Source: Candidatus Kuenenia stuttgartensis
Lineage (GTDB): Bacteria > Planctomycetota > Planctomycetia > Pirellulales > UBA1268
Direction of reading: 5' to 3'
Assembly: GCA_945891385.1 (NCBI GenBank)
Contig: CAMDDJ010000015.1
Coordinates: 1,237 to 65,236, forward strand
Length of the DNA: 64,000 nucleotides
Made by a program: the position numbers and the translations under genes. Under the pieces are notes generated by a model, which had not been told where the DNA came from, searched no databases, and worked only from the letters and a program-made list of their open reading frames with translations. How positions within the stretch are numbered: the stretch's first letter is position 1; each line of letters opens with the position of its first letter. This document shows, piece after piece, positions 20,200-33,717 of this stretch.

Positions 20200-20640
20200 A
20201 TGGCACATCATTCTCTGGCTCCGCTGCGACGCCCGTCAGATCGTTCACTCGAGTGGTCCACGGCTGTTCTCGGGCTCGTCCTGGCTGGCTGCGGCAGTGG
20301 CAATGCCACGGTCACGGGGCGCGTCACCTTCAACGGCGAGCCCGTCAATCGGGGCTCTCTCACGCTCATCCCAGTCGACGGCAAGGGTCAGCCGGCCGGT
20401 GGGAACGTTGAGAACGGAGCTTTCACGATCAAGGAAGTCCTCCCCGGGGAGAAGACGGTCCAGATCATGGCGGTCTACCCGATCGGCCGAGAAAAGCGGG
20501 ATGATGGCAGCGAACTCGAGATTGTCGGCGATCTCCTACCGGCCGAGTGGGGGCTCGACTCAAAGCACACGCTCATGGTCACGGCCCCGACCACGAACCA
20601 CGACTTTACGATCGAGGGCCCCGATCCCCGCAAGAAGTAG
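20200..20640 (+). CDS. Lipoprotein, carboxypeptidase-regulatory-like domain (DUF1559 partner)
   Basis: LAGC lipobox; VTGRVTFNGEP. Confidence 0.8.
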   Translation: MAHHSLAPLRRPSDRSLEWSTAVLGLVLAGCGSGNATVTGRVTFNGEPVNRGSLTLIPVDGKGQPAGGNVENGAFTIKEVLPGEKTVQIMAVYPIGREKRDDGSELEIVGDLLPAEWGLDSKHTLMVTAPTTNHDFTIEGPDPRKK

Positions 20641-20702
20641 CTGTCGCGTCGGCGGATGAACAAATTTCAGACGGTCCTTCAAGCCCCACGATGTGCCAGG
20701 CC

Positions 20703-21719
20703 ATGCCCGATTCGTCTCCCGGCGGTGATCTTCGTGCCCAGCGGCCTGAGCGCCACGGCTTTACTCTCGTTGAACTGCTGGTGGTGATCGCCATCATCGC
20801 GACGCGGGTCGGCCTCCTGCTGCCGGCCGTGCAGAGCGCCCGCGAAGCGGCTCGCGGCTCCCAGTGCAAGAACAACCTCAAGCAATGGGGATTGGCGATG
20901 CACAACCACCTGAGCGCGAGGGGCCATTTCCCGTTCGGTGCTCAGAACAGCCGTCAGCGGACGTTCGTGATCAATCTCTGGCCGTATCTGGAGAACAAGG
21001 CCCTCTCCGACGCCTACGATTTCTCGGTCAACTGGTACGGCAGCAATGGTTCGGGCACCGGGCCAAACCTCCAACTCTGCCAGCAGCCGATGCCGCTGTA
21101 TTTCTGTCCGTCAGACTCCGGCAACTCTGGGCCCGCCCGGTTCTACATGGGTGACAACACCAGGCGGGCCAGACTGAATTACGCCGTCAGCGAGGCCCAG
21201 TATCCCCAGAGTGCCTTCCTCGGAGTCTCGGATAAGAAGCAGCGGATTGGCCTCTACGGCGGAATGTTTCTCAGCCACAATACCTCGAAGTCGGTCCCTG
21301 ACCCCAAGCCGTTCACGCCGGGCACGATTTCCGACGGCCTGTCAAAGACGCTCTGCATGTCGGAGGTGTTGCTCCCGGCTTCGGACGGCTCCGATCAGGC
21401 CGCGATTGACTCCCGCGGCGACGGCTTCAACCAAAAGGGCAACCGCTACGCGTTCCACACGTCCTATCCGCCCAATAGCTCGTCGGTCGATCGGCCTGAA
21501 GAGTGCGGCGCGTCGGCCAGCCAGCCCCAGGTGAATCTCCCCTGCCTGCAGAACACGCACGGCAACTTTATCTATCACTCCGCCCGCAGCCGCCACCCGA
21601 GTGGCGTGCAGGCATTGATGGGCGACGGCTCTGTTCGGGCGGTTGCGGACAACATCGACGACGCGACCTGGAAGGGATTGGGTACGGCCGCGGCCGGTGA
21701 CTCGGTCGGCACGTACTGA
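20703..21719 (+). CDS. DUF1559 prepilin-type / H-X9-DG protein (paralog of 19187)
   Basis: [27 protein letters not shown]. Confidence 0.9.
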   Translation: MPDSSPGGDLRAQRPERHGFTLVELLVVIAIIATRVGLLLPAVQSAREAARGSQCKNNLKQWGLAMHNHLSARGHFPFGAQNSRQRTFVINLWPYLENKALSDAYDFSVNWYGSNGSGTGPNLQLCQQPMPLYFCPSDSGNSGPARFYMGDNTRRARLNYAVSEAQYPQSAFLGVSDKKQRIGLYGGMFLSHNTSKSVPDPKPFTPGTISDGLSKTLCMSEVLLPASDGSDQAAIDSRGDGFNQKGNRYAFHTSYPPNSSSVDRPEECGASASQPQVNLPCLQNTHGNFIYHSARSRHPSGVQALMGDGSVRAVADNIDDATWKGLGTAAAGDSVGTY

Positions 21720-21777
21720 GTCCGCGCGGAAAAGCGGTCCTTGGCCCGGTTCGTTTCGATGACGTGCCGTGCCGAGG

Positions 21778-21864
21778 CGGACGGGGTGGGATTCGAACCC
21801 ACGAGCCGCTTTCGCGACTGCCGGTTTTCAAGACCGGTGCATTCAACCGCTCTGCCACCCGTCC
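21778..21864 (-). tRNA. tRNA-Ser(TGA)
   Basis: GGACGGG/CCCGTCC acceptor stem, CCGGT-CT-TGA-AA-ACCGG anticodon arm, long variable arm, GGTTCGAATCC T-loop; CCA not encoded. Confidence 0.96.
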
Positions 21865-22060
21865 GGAGTCGCCCCTTGGATCACTGGGATCGGGACGTCC
21901 GCCGATTCTACACCGTCCTGGCCGACGGGCAGCCGCAACCCGCGAGCGGGCGTCCCTGCAGGCGGGAGACCGTTTCACGAGCCCCTGGGCTGCTGCCTTT
22001 GACGGAGCGGGGCTCGTTTCCTAATCTTCAGGCTTTCCACACCACGTACGAAAGGATCCT

Positions 22061-22255
22061 ATGGGCGGCATCAGCAACCGGATGAAAGAGATCAAGCGGC
22101 GGCGGCATCGCCGGCAGAAGCTGGCCAAGTTCGAGACCAAACTCAAGAAGGCGACGGCAAGCGAGAAGCTGGTGATCGCCGAGAAACTCCGCAGGATGAC
22201 CCCCGGCTGCGACGGCCTGATCGAGCGGATGGGGCTCGAAGACCGCAAGCGGTGA
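22061..22255 (+). CDS. Small basic protein (DUF6800-like)
   Basis: EIKRRRHRRQKL...IAEKLRRMTPG; AAGGA RBS. Confidence 0.7.
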   Translation: MGGISNRMKEIKRRRHRRQKLAKFETKLKKATASEKLVIAEKLRRMTPGCDGLIERMGLEDRKR

Positions 22256-22276
22256 GGCCAACCGCGGCCCGCGGTT

Positions 22277-24919
<2,643 letters not shown>

Positions 24920-24954
24920 GTCTCACCTCCGGATTGTGTCTGGCGGCAAACGCT

Positions 24955-24989
24955 CGGGGGCAGGTCAGCCGCTGGCCAACCTGCCCCCG
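24955..24989 (-). terminator. Stem-loop between dnaK and clpB
   Basis: CGGGGGCAGG...CCTGCCCCCG inverted repeat; no clear U tract. Confidence 0.45.
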
Positions 24990-25014
24990 GCGGGCTTGAA
25001 GTCGGCGGGGCCGG

Positions 25015-26940
25015 TCAACCGTCCTTTTTCACTTCGAATTCCGCGTCGATGGTATCGTCCCCGCCTGGACTGGCGGAGGAGCCGGCCGTCTGCTCTGCGC
25101 CAGGGGTCCCCCCGCGCTGGGCCGAGGCCTGCTCGTAGAGCACCTTCGAGAGAGCATGGGCGGCCTGCTCCAGTGCATCGTGGGCTGACTGGATCGCGTC
25201 GGCATCATCGCCCTTGGCCAGCTCGCGCGCCTTGGTGATCGCCGCCTCCAGCGGAGCCTTGTCCGAGCCCGAGAGCTTTCCGTCGTTCTCTTTGATCAGC
25301 TTCTCGGTCTGGAAGCAGAGCGCCTCGGCACGGTTCCTGGCCTCAGCCAGGCGGGCCTTCCGCTTGTCTTCCTCGGCATGTTCTTCGGCATCCTTCCGCA
25401 TCCGCTCAATCTCGGTCTCGTTGAGTCCGCTCGACTGCTCGATCCGGACCGTTTGCTCCTTGTTGGAACCGAGGTCCTTGGCCGTGACATTCAGGATGCC
25501 GTTGGCGTCGATGTCGAACTTCACTTCGATTTGGGGCGTGCCCCGCGGCGAGGGCGGAATCCCCTCCAGGTTGAACTGGCCGAGCAGCCGGTTGTCCCGT
25601 GCCATCGGCCGCTCGCCCTGGTACACGCTGACCGTGACGGCGGTCTGGTTGTCGGCCGCGGTGCTGAACACCTGCTTCTTGTCGGTCGGGATCGTGGTGT
25701 TCCGCTCCACGAGCTTCGTGAAGATGCCCCCTTCCGTCTCGATGCCGAGCGAGAGCGGAGTGACGTCGAGCAAGAGCACGTCCTGCACGTCGCCGCCGAG
25801 CACGCCGCCCTGGATCGCCGCACCGAGGGCGACCACCTCGTCAGGGTTCACACCCTTGTGGGGCTCCTTGCTGAAGATCTTCTTGACGAGTTCCTGGACC
25901 TTCGGGATTCGGGTCGAGCCGCCCACGAGCACGACTTCGTCGATCTGCGACGGCTTCAGCTTGGCGTCCTCGAGGGCCTTCATCACCGGCCCTCGGCACC
26001 GTTCGATCAGGCTGTCGGTGAGCTGCTCGAATTGGGCCCGGGTGATCGCGATCTGCAGGTGCTTCGGCCCCGACGCGTCGGCCGTGATGAAGGGCAGATT
26101 GATGTCGCTGCTCTGGGCGGTTGACAGCTCCTTCTTGGCCTTCTCGCAGGCCTCCTGGAGCCGCTGCATCGCCATCGCGTCCTTCCGCAGGTCGATCCCC
26201 TGCTCTCGCTGAAACTGGTCGGCCACGTGGTTGATCAGCGCCTGGTCGAAATCATCGCCACCGAGGTGCGTGTCGCCATTGGTGCTGATCACCTGGAAGA
26301 CGCCGTCCTTCGAGACGTCGAGCACCGAGACGTCGAAGGTGCCTCCGCCGAGGTCGAATACGACGATCTTCTCGTCCTTCTGCTTGTCGAGGCCGTAGGC
26401 GAGCGCGGCGGCCGTCGGCTCGTTCACGATCCGCATCACTTCGAGCCCGGCGATCTGACCGGCGTCCTTGGTGGCCTGCCGTTGGGCGTCGTTGAAGTAG
26501 GCCGGGACGGTAATCACCGCCTTGTTGACCTTGTGGCCGAGGTAGCTCTCCGCCGATTCCTTGAGCGCCCGCAGGACCTTCGCCGACACCTCCGGCGGGG
26601 TAAACTCCTTGTCGCCGGCCTTGACCTTCACGTAATCGTCGGGGCCGCCGACGACCTCGTACGGGACCATCTTCTCCTCGGAGGCCACCTCGTTGTGCCG
26701 CCGACCCATGAATCGCTTGATCGAATAGATCGTCCGCTTGGGGTTCGTCACCGCCTGCCGCCGGGCGATGTCGCCGACGAGCGTCTCGCCTTTGTCGTTG
26801 AAGGCGACCACGCTCGGCGTGAGGCGATTGCCCTCCTTGTTCGCGATCACCTTGGGCTCCTTGCCCTCCATGACGGCCACGACTGAGTTGGTCGTACCCA
26901 GGTCGATGCCGATGATCTTTTCGCCCTGCTTTGTCGCCAT
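25015..26940 (-). CDS. dnaK: Molecular chaperone DnaK
   Basis: [32 protein letters not shown] tail. Confidence 0.98.
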   Translation of the reverse strand: MATKQGEKIIGIDLGTTNSVVAVMEGKEPKVIANKEGNRLTPSVVAFNDKGETLVGDIARRQAVTNPKRTIYSIKRFMGRRHNEVASEEKMVPYEVVGGPDDYVKVKAGDKEFTPPEVSAKVLRALKESAESYLGHKVNKAVITVPAYFNDAQRQATKDAGQIAGLEVMRIVNEPTAAALAYGLDKQKDEKIVVFDLGGGTFDVSVLDVSKDGVFQVISTNGDTHLGGDDFDQALINHVADQFQREQGIDLRKDAMAMQRLQEACEKAKKELSTAQSSDINLPFITADASGPKHLQIAITRAQFEQLTDSLIERCRGPVMKALEDAKLKPSQIDEVVLVGGSTRIPKVQELVKKIFSKEPHKGVNPDEVVALGAAIQGGVLGGDVQDVLLLDVTPLSLGIETEGGIFTKLVERNTTIPTDKKQVFSTAADNQTAVTVSVYQGERPMARDNRLLGQFNLEGIPPSPRGTPQIEVKFDIDANGILNVTAKDLGSNKEQTVRIEQSSGLNETEIERMRKDAEEHAEEDKRKARLAEARNRAEALCFQTEKLIKENDGKLSGSDKAPLEAAITKARELAKGDDADAIQSAHDALEQAAHALSKVLYEQASAQRGGTPGAEQTAGSSASPGGDDTIDAEFEVKKDG

Positions 26941-27063
26941 GATTTCGTTGCCCTTTCCCGTGTCAGATGCCGGCCCGAATGGCCGGGCAGCGTGATGAAC
27001 TGTCGCCCTCACGGCTCCGAGGCGCCATTTCGTGCGTTGCCCGGAGCATGCCGGGAGAGGGAT

Positions 27064-27078
27064 GCAAAGACCGTGCCA
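27064..27078 (-). promoter_or_regulatory. Sigma-54 promoter of dnaK-clpB
   Basis: TGGCAC-GGTCT-TTGC consensus match. Confidence 0.8.
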
Positions 27079-27254
27079 ACTGCATCGGCGAGGGGGCGTC
27101 TGAGCGCGGCGGCTCGCCAGGGGGGAAAAAGAACTGCCCAATTGGCCCAATTGTCGGGATTTTTCCCGAGTGTAGAGTTTTGGGGTCGCTGCTCGGGTAC
27201 ATTCCCCAGCCTGGCCTAGCCTGCCATTTTGGCCGTTTTCGTTTTGGCCCTCCG

Positions 27255-28370
27255 ATGACGTCGTCTGGTTCGCCCCGTAAATCCGACAGTCCACGCAAGC
27301 CCTCGCTGGCCACGCTCCGTTCGCACATCGACCGGATCGACAGGGAACTCGTCGCCCTGATGAATGATCGGGCCGGCGTGGCCCGCGAGATTGGGCACGT
27401 CAAGCAGACATCCGGCCAGCAGACATACGATCCCTCTCGGGAGGAGACGGTCCTCGAGCGGGTTGCCGCGGCCAACGCCGGGCCCCTGTCCGACGACAGT
27501 CTCAAGGCGATCTTTCGCGAACTGATCTCGGGGTCGCGGGCCATCGAGCAGCACCTTCGGGTGGCACACCTCGGTCCGGCCTGGACCTACAGCCACCTGG
27601 CCGCGGTGCATCGATTCGGCAGCTCCGTCGATTTCGTACCGGTCGCCAGCATCTCGGCCGCCTTCGAGGAGGTGAACGCAGGGCACTCCCACTACGGAGT
27701 CGTTCCGCTGGAGAACTCAACCGACGGGCGAATCGCCGACACCCTCGACAACCTCTCGAGGCTTCCCGTCAAGATCTGTGCCGAGGTGCCGCTGCGAATC
27801 CACCACACTCTGCTCGCCACCTGTGATCGCTCGGCGATTCGTGAGGTGTATAGCCGACCGCAGGCCCTCTCGCAGTGCCGGAATTGGCTCGCCCGCCACC
27901 TGCCCTCGGCCCGACTCGTCGAGGTGACCAGCACGAGCGCCGCTGCCGAGATGGCGGCGAAGCGGTCCGACGCGGCGGCAATCGCAAGCCGCCAGGCAGG
28001 TGTGCACTACGGCCTCGACGTGTTGGCGGAGGAGATCGAGGACGTCGCCGGGAACACCACCCGATTCGCCGTCATCGGCCACACCGACGCCGGGCGAACC
28101 GGCAAGGACAAGACCTCGCTGATGTTCGAGATCGAGCATCGCCCGGGCGGCCTGGCCGATGCCCTTGCGATTCCCAAGCGGCAAAAGCTGAACCTCACGT
28201 GGATCGAGTCGTTTCCCCTGCCCGGGGAAGACCGCGGCTACATCTTCTTCGTGGAACTCGAAGGCCACCGCGCCGACCTCCGAGTCCGGCGGGCCATCGC
28301 CAGCCTCGAGAAGCGGTGTAAGCGGGTGGTCTGCCTCGGCTCGTACGCGGCGGCCGCTCCAGTCGGCTGA
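27255..28370 (+). CDS. pheA: Chorismate mutase/prephenate dehydratase
   Basis: LRSHIDRID; GVVPLENST; QALSQC; NTTRF; IESFP. Confidence 0.95.
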   Translation: MTSSGSPRKSDSPRKPSLATLRSHIDRIDRELVALMNDRAGVAREIGHVKQTSGQQTYDPSREETVLERVAAANAGPLSDDSLKAIFRELISGSRAIEQHLRVAHLGPAWTYSHLAAVHRFGSSVDFVPVASISAAFEEVNAGHSHYGVVPLENSTDGRIADTLDNLSRLPVKICAEVPLRIHHTLLATCDRSAIREVYSRPQALSQCRNWLARHLPSARLVEVTSTSAAAEMAAKRSDAAAIASRQAGVHYGLDVLAEEIEDVAGNTTRFAVIGHTDAGRTGKDKTSLMFEIEHRPGGLADALAIPKRQKLNLTWIESFPLPGEDRGYIFFVELEGHRADLRVRRAIASLEKRCKRVVCLGSYAAAAPVG

Positions 28371-28379
28371 CGCCCCTGC

Positions 28380-29294
28380 TCACCAGACGCGGCGGATCTC
28401 GGCCAGGTGGCGTTGCACCAACCGCCAGCGGTAGTGCCAGATGGATTCCCGCGACGCCGCGGAAAAGCCGGCCGCGATCGCCGCCCGCACGGCGGACTCG
28501 AAGGCAGCCAGGAGTTCGGGATAGCCATCCGCCTGCGACGTCGCGTGAGACGACACGACCTGGGCCGCGCTCGTGCCAACGATCGGGCTTCCCCGGACGA
28601 TTTTCTGCATCACCCGCAGACCATACGCCTGCATCGCCGCCGGCGGACCGGCGAGCCGGGTCGAAGTGACGTTCTCCCGGCCCGTCTCCACGAACGCAAG
28701 GTCACGGTCGGTCGCCAGCCGAAGGACCGCCGCGGCGAGGCCTTCGGGGCGGGTCTCCTCGAGCGAGAGAAACCGAGCCCCGTGTCGGGAGAAGAATCGC
28801 ACCTCGCTCCGCTGCTGGTGGAGGAAGTCGGCTGCCCAGGTTCTCAGGTCGTATTGCTCGCGAAAGAAGAACCCGAGTTCGCCGTCGAGCCGGGCCAGGA
28901 CCAAGGAGCGGGCGAGTTCGGCCGGACGCCGCAGGACATACAGCATCCTCGTGTCATTCCCCGTCACCCGACGGTAGCGACGGAGCATGGCGACGAGCGC
29001 GCGGCGGATCATCGGTCCCCGGAAATTCTCACTCGAAAGGAAGAGGGTGTCGCAGGATCGCCGCTCGGCCTCGGCTCGCGCGGCCAACACCCAGTCGAGG
29101 ACAGCCTCTGGGCCGGCCCTGACAAGGAGCGTGGCGACGTCCGCATGCTGATCGGGGAACTCGGCGGCTGGGACGCTGCGGGGATACCAGACGCCGGCCT
29201 TGGCAAGTTGGTCGCGGTGGGCCACGACCGCCCGTTGCAGGCTCGTGCTCCCCGTCTTATGCGGACCGACATGCACCGCCAGTCGAATCGGCAT
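28380..29294 (-). CDS. Hypothetical protein, sulfotransferase-like N-terminus
   Basis: VHVGPHKTGSTSLQ and LSSENF motifs. Confidence 0.6.
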   Translation of the reverse strand: MPIRLAVHVGPHKTGSTSLQRAVVAHRDQLAKAGVWYPRSVPAAEFPDQHADVATLLVRAGPEAVLDWVLAARAEAERRSCDTLFLSSENFRGPMIRRALVAMLRRYRRVTGNDTRMLYVLRRPAELARSLVLARLDGELGFFFREQYDLRTWAADFLHQQRSEVRFFSRHGARFLSLEETRPEGLAAAVLRLATDRDLAFVETGRENVTSTRLAGPPAAMQAYGLRVMQKIVRGSPIVGTSAAQVVSSHATSQADGYPELLAAFESAVRAAIAAGFSAASRESIWHYRWRLVQRHLAEIRRVW

Positions 29295-29333
29295 GGGTGA
29301 GGGCCTCCGCTGCGAGCCTCGAGGCGTCCCCGA

Positions 29334-30050
29334 TCACCCGCAGATCAGTCGCTTCATCTCACGGACGGCTTCCGTGAGGCCGACGAAAATCGAGCGGGCC
29401 ACGATCGAGTGACCGATGTTGAGCTCGCCCATACCCTCCAGTCGCGCCACAGGCACCACATTGCGGTATGTGAGGCCATGACCGGCTGCCAACTCCAGGC
29501 CAGCTTGCCGGGTCATGTGCCCCGCCCGGGCAAGCTCCACGAGACGGATCTGGCGGTCCTCCGCCTCCGTCGCGTTGGCATAGCCGCCGGTGTGGAGTTC
29601 GACCGCATGGGCACCGAGCGACACGGCCGCATCGATCTGCCGCGGGCAGGGATCGATAAACAGCGAGACGCCGATTCCCGCCTCCTGCAGCCGCGTGATC
29701 GCGGCCGCCACGGTGTCGCGGTGCGAGAGCACGTCGAGGCCACCCTCGGTGGTCACTTCCTCCCGCCGCTCAGGCACAAGTGTGACGAGGTCGGGGCGAA
29801 CCCGGCAGGCGATGCCGATCATCTCAGGGGCCACCGCACACTCCAGGTTGAGCTTCACCTGGACGGTGCGGCGGAGCACGTCGAGATCACGGTCCTGAAT
29901 GTGCCGCCGGTCCTCCCGGAGGTGGACCGTGATCGCATCGGCACCCCCGAGTTCGGCGGCGGCCGCCGCCCAAACCGGATCAGGCTCCACCGTCCGGCGA
30001 GCCTGCCGGACGGTGGCGACGTGATCGATGTTGACTCCGAGACTCGCCAT
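29334..30050 (-). CDS. pdxJ: Pyridoxine 5'-phosphate synthase
   Basis: [30 protein letters not shown]. Confidence 0.97.
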   Translation of the reverse strand: MASLGVNIDHVATVRQARRTVEPDPVWAAAAAELGGADAITVHLREDRRHIQDRDLDVLRRTVQVKLNLECAVAPEMIGIACRVRPDLVTLVPERREEVTTEGGLDVLSHRDTVAAAITRLQEAGIGVSLFIDPCPRQIDAAVSLGAHAVELHTGGYANATEAEDRQIRLVELARAGHMTRQAGLELAAGHGLTYRNVVPVARLEGMGELNIGHSIVARSIFVGLTEAVREMKRLICG

Positions 30051-30072
30051 GATGAGAAGCCTGCCTGGACCG

Positions 30073-31626
30073 TCAGTCCTTTTTCAAGAGCACCACGCGA
30101 TTTCCGCTCGGTGTGCGGATCTGCAGTAGAATCCCCTCCTCGGCTGACTGTCCCTCGACTGCCGCGGCGAATTCCGCAATCGACCCAACGGCAGTCCGTC
30201 CGACCTTGCGAATCAGCATCCCAGGGCCGATGCCCGCCTCTGCCGCGAGGCCGTCGTCATCGACGCGATCGACGAGCACGCCCGCGAAATCAGCGTAGGC
30301 ATCCTCGGCCAGCGACTCCTTGTCGCGGACCTCGAGGCCGAATTCCTCGGAGTAGAAGGTCTCCGCACCCGCCTCCAGCGACCGTCGCTGCGGGGGCTGG
30401 CCGGCCGAAAGGTCGGTCGGCAGTGGCTTCACGCTCACTCGGAGCGTAAGCGGCTTCCCGTCTCGATACACGGTGAGGCTGTGCGGCCGACCGAGGTCAG
30501 CCCGCTCGACGAGCTCCTGGAGCGACCGGGTGCCGCTGATCGAGTGATCGTCGAAGCCCGTGATCACATCCAGGGGCTGCACCCCGGCAGCCGCCGCCGG
30601 CGAATCAGGAACAACGTCGTTGACGAGCACACCACCCCGGTCCTTGACCCCGAGCTTCTCCGCCATGCGCCGATCCAGTGGCCCCATCTGCACGCCGATG
30701 AAGGCCCGCTCCACCGTGCCCTTGTCGATCAACTGGCCGGTCACCCATTTGGCGAGATTGACGGGGATCGCGAATCCAATTCCCTGATATCCGCCGCTGT
30801 TCGAGGCGATCGCCGTATTGATCCCCACGACCTCCCCGGCCAAGTTCACCAGTGGGCCTCCGGAGTTTCCGGGGTTGATGGCGGCGTCGGTCTGGAGGAA
30901 CTGGGCCCGGCGGATCGAGCCCAACTCGCGGCCCTTGCCGCTGATGATCCCTGCGCTCACCGTGGTCTCGAGCTCGAAGGGGTTGCCGATCGCGATCACC
31001 CAGTCGCCGATCGAGAGCTTGTCTGAATCGCCCAACTTGGCGACCGGTAGACCATGGGCATCGGCAAGCTTGACGACGGCAAGATCGCTGTCGGGATCGG
31101 TTTTGATTTCGATGGCCCGGAACTCCCGGCCGTCGGAGAGCTCGACGACAACCTCGTCAGCGCCCTCGACCACATGGTTGTTGGTGATCACGAGACCGTC
31201 GTCAGAGACGATCACCCCAGAACCGACCCCGGCTCGCCCGGGCATCCGGCCCTCGGGCAGATTGAATTCGAAGCCCTCGGGCAACCCCTCCGGAAACATG
31301 TCTTCGAAGGGCGTCCCCTCGAAGGGATTTGCCCGGCCCTCGGGTCGCTTGCCCCTGGCCCGCTTCGGCTTCACCTCGCTGCGAACCACCACCACGCTGG
31401 GCGTGGCGATCTCGGCCGCATTGCGAAAGGCGGTGGAGAGTGCATTGGCGTGCATCAACGCCTGGGCGGTGGCGATCGAGTCGTCGGCCTTGGCCGACGG
31501 CACCACGAACGCTCCGAGTGCGGCAGCCGAGGCCGCAGCCATGGCCGTGCAGAGCAGGCAAAACCGGCGGCTGCTACCGGTCGCAGGCCGGCTGGCAGCG
31601 GTCACGGACGAATTCATCGAAAACAT
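30073..31626 (-). CDS. DegP/HtrA serine protease with two PDZ domains
   Basis: [19 protein letters not shown]; start approximate. Confidence 0.93.
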   Translation of the reverse strand: MFSMNSSVTAASRPATGSSRRFCLLCTAMAAASAAALGAFVVPSAKADDSIATAQALMHANALSTAFRNAAEIATPSVVVVRSEVKPKRARGKRPEGRANPFEGTPFEDMFPEGLPEGFEFNLPEGRMPGRAGVGSGVIVSDDGLVITNNHVVEGADEVVVELSDGREFRAIEIKTDPDSDLAVVKLADAHGLPVAKLGDSDKLSIGDWVIAIGNPFELETTVSAGIISGKGRELGSIRRAQFLQTDAAINPGNSGGPLVNLAGEVVGINTAIASNSGGYQGIGFAIPVNLAKWVTGQLIDKGTVERAFIGVQMGPLDRRMAEKLGVKDRGGVLVNDVVPDSPAAAAGVQPLDVITGFDDHSISGTRSLQELVERADLGRPHSLTVYRDGKPLTLRVSVKPLPTDLSAGQPPQRRSLEAGAETFYSEEFGLEVRDKESLAEDAYADFAGVLVDRVDDDGLAAEAGIGPGMLIRKVGRTAVGSIAEFAAAVEGQSAEEGILLQIRTPSGNRVVLLKKD

Positions 31627-31855
31627 ACAAAAACCTCTTCGGGCTGGAGAACGCGTCAGATTCCGAGAATACCCGTCGCCGCAACCGTACCCGTTGGCCT
31701 GCTCGTGGGCAGACCTTCGGCCGGAAGGCCGCGGCGGCCTCATGCTCAGTGATACGCAGGACCACCGAGAAGGGTTCAGCGACCAAAAACTGAACCGCCC
31801 GCGTTGACACCGCGGGCAGCCAGGCCGTAGGGTGCCATGCACAAGGGTTTTTGCC

Positions 31856-32593
31856 ATGGCCAGCCAGGATTTCGCGGCTTCGACCGGGGCGGAAATCGAC
31901 GTCGCCGAAGCTGAGCGGCGGATTGGGCACCATTTTTCCGCCCCCGGCCTACTCGTGGCGGCGATGACCCACGCCTCGGGAGCCCGGCATCGACTGGCCT
32001 CGAACGAGCGGCTGGAATTCCTGGGAGACGCCATCCTGGGCTTCATTGTCTGCGAATGGCTCTTTCGCGAGTTTCCGGAATCGCTCGAGGGCGACCTGAC
32101 CAAGATCAAATCGGTGGTTGTCAGTCGTGAAACGTGCAGTCGGTTGGCACGGCAACTCGGACTGGCCGAGTTCGTCATCGTGGGCAAGGGGCTCGCGTCG
32201 AGTCAGTCGGTGCCGGAGTCGGTGCTTTCCGACATGTTCGAGGCCGTGGTCGCCGCCCTGTATCTCGACGGGGGCATGGATGTCGCCCGCCCGTTCGTCG
32301 AGCGGTTGCTGGCTCCTGAAATCGGCAAGGTGGCTTCGGGGGAACTCGGCTCGAATCATAAGTCCGTGCTCCAGCAACTGGCTCAGAGAGATTTCGGCCT
32401 GACGCCGACCTACGAGGTCTTGGCCGAGGAGGGGCCAGACCACAGCAAAAATTTCCACGTCGCCGCCCAGATTGGCGGCCGCCGATACTCCCCCGCATGG
32501 GGCCGCAACAAAAAGGAAGCGGAGCAGCGGGCGGCGTCAAACGCGATCAACGAACTCGCCGGCACGCCTACCACGCCGCTCCCCAAGACGTAG
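31856..32593 (+). CDS. rnc: Ribonuclease III
   Basis: NERLEFLGDA; dsRBD with GPDH and KKEAEQ. Confidence 0.96.
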   Translation: MASQDFAASTGAEIDVAEAERRIGHHFSAPGLLVAAMTHASGARHRLASNERLEFLGDAILGFIVCEWLFREFPESLEGDLTKIKSVVVSRETCSRLARQLGLAEFVIVGKGLASSQSVPESVLSDMFEAVVAALYLDGGMDVARPFVERLLAPEIGKVASGELGSNHKSVLQQLAQRDFGLTPTYEVLAEEGPDHSKNFHVAAQIGGRRYSPAWGRNKKEAEQRAASNAINELAGTPTTPLPKT

Positions 32594-32626
32594 GCGAAAG
32601 GGGCGGCAACGCTCGCGGTGGTCTGG

Positions 32627-33130
32627 TCAGGCAGACGCCTGGGCTTGCTGACGGCTGCGGCCTGTGCGGAGCATGTCGATCGTCACTGGTCCGACGAAAT
32701 AGCCCGCTGCGGCTGAAGCCAGTGCCCGCTGCTCCTCCTCGACTCGGTAGGAGTCGGCCACCATGAATACCCCCGATCGCATCCCCTCGCCCACATGGTC
32801 AAGCGAGATGGGAGCGCCGCCCAGCAGCGGGTCGACGGCCCCTTGAGCGACATAGGGCAACAGAATATCCAGCAGGTCGAAGCCGGACATGTCAGGCAAA
32901 TCTCCTGCCACAAGCCAGAGATCAGCGCGGAACCGCCGGGCGAGGCGGACCGCTGACGTGCCGTCGACGCAGAAGTGAAGCCCAACCTCACCGGCTTCCG
33001 CAGCCGCAATGAAGTCGGAATATTTCTCGCATGCCGAATCGACGATCACGATTTCCTTGATTCCAGTTGCGCGACGACCGGTGGGGAGGAGGGAATCGTG
33101 AGCGAGCGAGGGCTGATTGGACGCGTTCAT
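32627..33130 (-). CDS. Degenerate single-domain response regulator (pseudo-receiver)
   Basis: IVIVD, DLWLVAGDLPDMSGFDLL, GYFVGP: receiver-like, but the phospho-Asp and conserved Lys appear replaced. Confidence 0.65.
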   Translation of the reverse strand: MNASNQPSLAHDSLLPTGRRATGIKEIVIVDSACEKYSDFIAAAEAGEVGLHFCVDGTSAVRLARRFRADLWLVAGDLPDMSGFDLLDILLPYVAQGAVDPLLGGAPISLDHVGEGMRSGVFMVADSYRVEEEQRALASAAAGYFVGPVTIDMLRTGRSRQQAQASA

Positions 33131-33245
33131 GGCTGAAAACCTCTTCGAAATGCGAGCGATGAATTGTGAGGGAGAAAGGCCGCCGTCGGGCCGGTCTCGG
33201 AACATGTTTGCCAGTGACTGCCGTCCCCGCAGCGCTGCTGCAGGT

Positions 33246-33350
33246 TCAGACCAGGGACACGATCGACAAAAACAGAGCGATCGGCAGGGAGCAGAGCAGC
33301 AGGTCACCCTGCGTCAGATCCCAGCCGCTGTCACCATGACTGAAACGCAT
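33246..33350 (-). CDS. Putative 34-aa small membrane protein
   Basis: MRFSHGDSGWDLTQGDLLLCSLPIALFLSIVSLV; AAAGGA RBS; first plausible ORF after the sigma-54 promoter. Confidence 0.45.
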   Translation of the reverse strand: MRFSHGDSGWDLTQGDLLLCSLPIALFLSIVSLV

Positions 33351-33522
33351 TACGCACCGTCCTTTCAGAGGGTCTCTCAAAGTCTCTTGTGGGGTCAGGC
33401 AACGTCCGCCGTCACACACCGCTGACGACGACGCCCCACCGAGCGCTGCCGCCCGGCCTGTCTCGCACTCTGCGGCAGGGGCTGACACCCGCCAGTCCGC
33501 CGTCCGCTGAAGAGAAAACAGA

Positions 33523-33537
33523 GCAAGCGGCGTGCCA
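33523..33537 (-). promoter_or_regulatory. Sigma-54 promoter
   Basis: TGGCAC-GCCGC-TTGC. Confidence 0.8.
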
Positions 33538-33655
33538 AAGGCGTGAGAAACGCTGGGCAACCGAAGGTTCCACCCCGAAAGGGCCTATTCCGCGAGTGAA
33601 ACCGTTTTTTCTTTGCCGCCGTCCACGCCGGCCGTCTGGGCAAACCGAGTCGGGG

Positions 33656-33717
33656 GTGGAGCGATTCGCTCCACTTGGGTGGTCGCTGGCGACCAGGGGT
33701 GGAGCGATTTGCCCCAC
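33656..33717. promoter_or_regulatory. Palindromic boxes GTGGAGCGA-T-TYGCYCCAC (candidate enhancer)
   Basis: Perfect palindrome 33656-33674; second copy 33699-33717; TGGTCGC-TG-GCGACCA between them; same motif at 63561-63622. Confidence 0.65.

Noticed and set aside
19187-21719. Diversity-generating retroelement acting on the DUF1559 genes
   Set aside because: No reverse transcriptase, and no adenine-specific template/variable repeat pair
21720-21864. tRNA-Ser as the attachment site of a genomic island covering 1-21.7 kb
   Set aside because: No integrase and no duplicated tRNA 3' end seen in the window
28160-28185. pheA ACT domain has Pro where Phe is usual (LAIPKRQ), suggesting a pseudogene
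   Set aside because: The frame and all other motifs are intact; a single substitution is insufficient evidence
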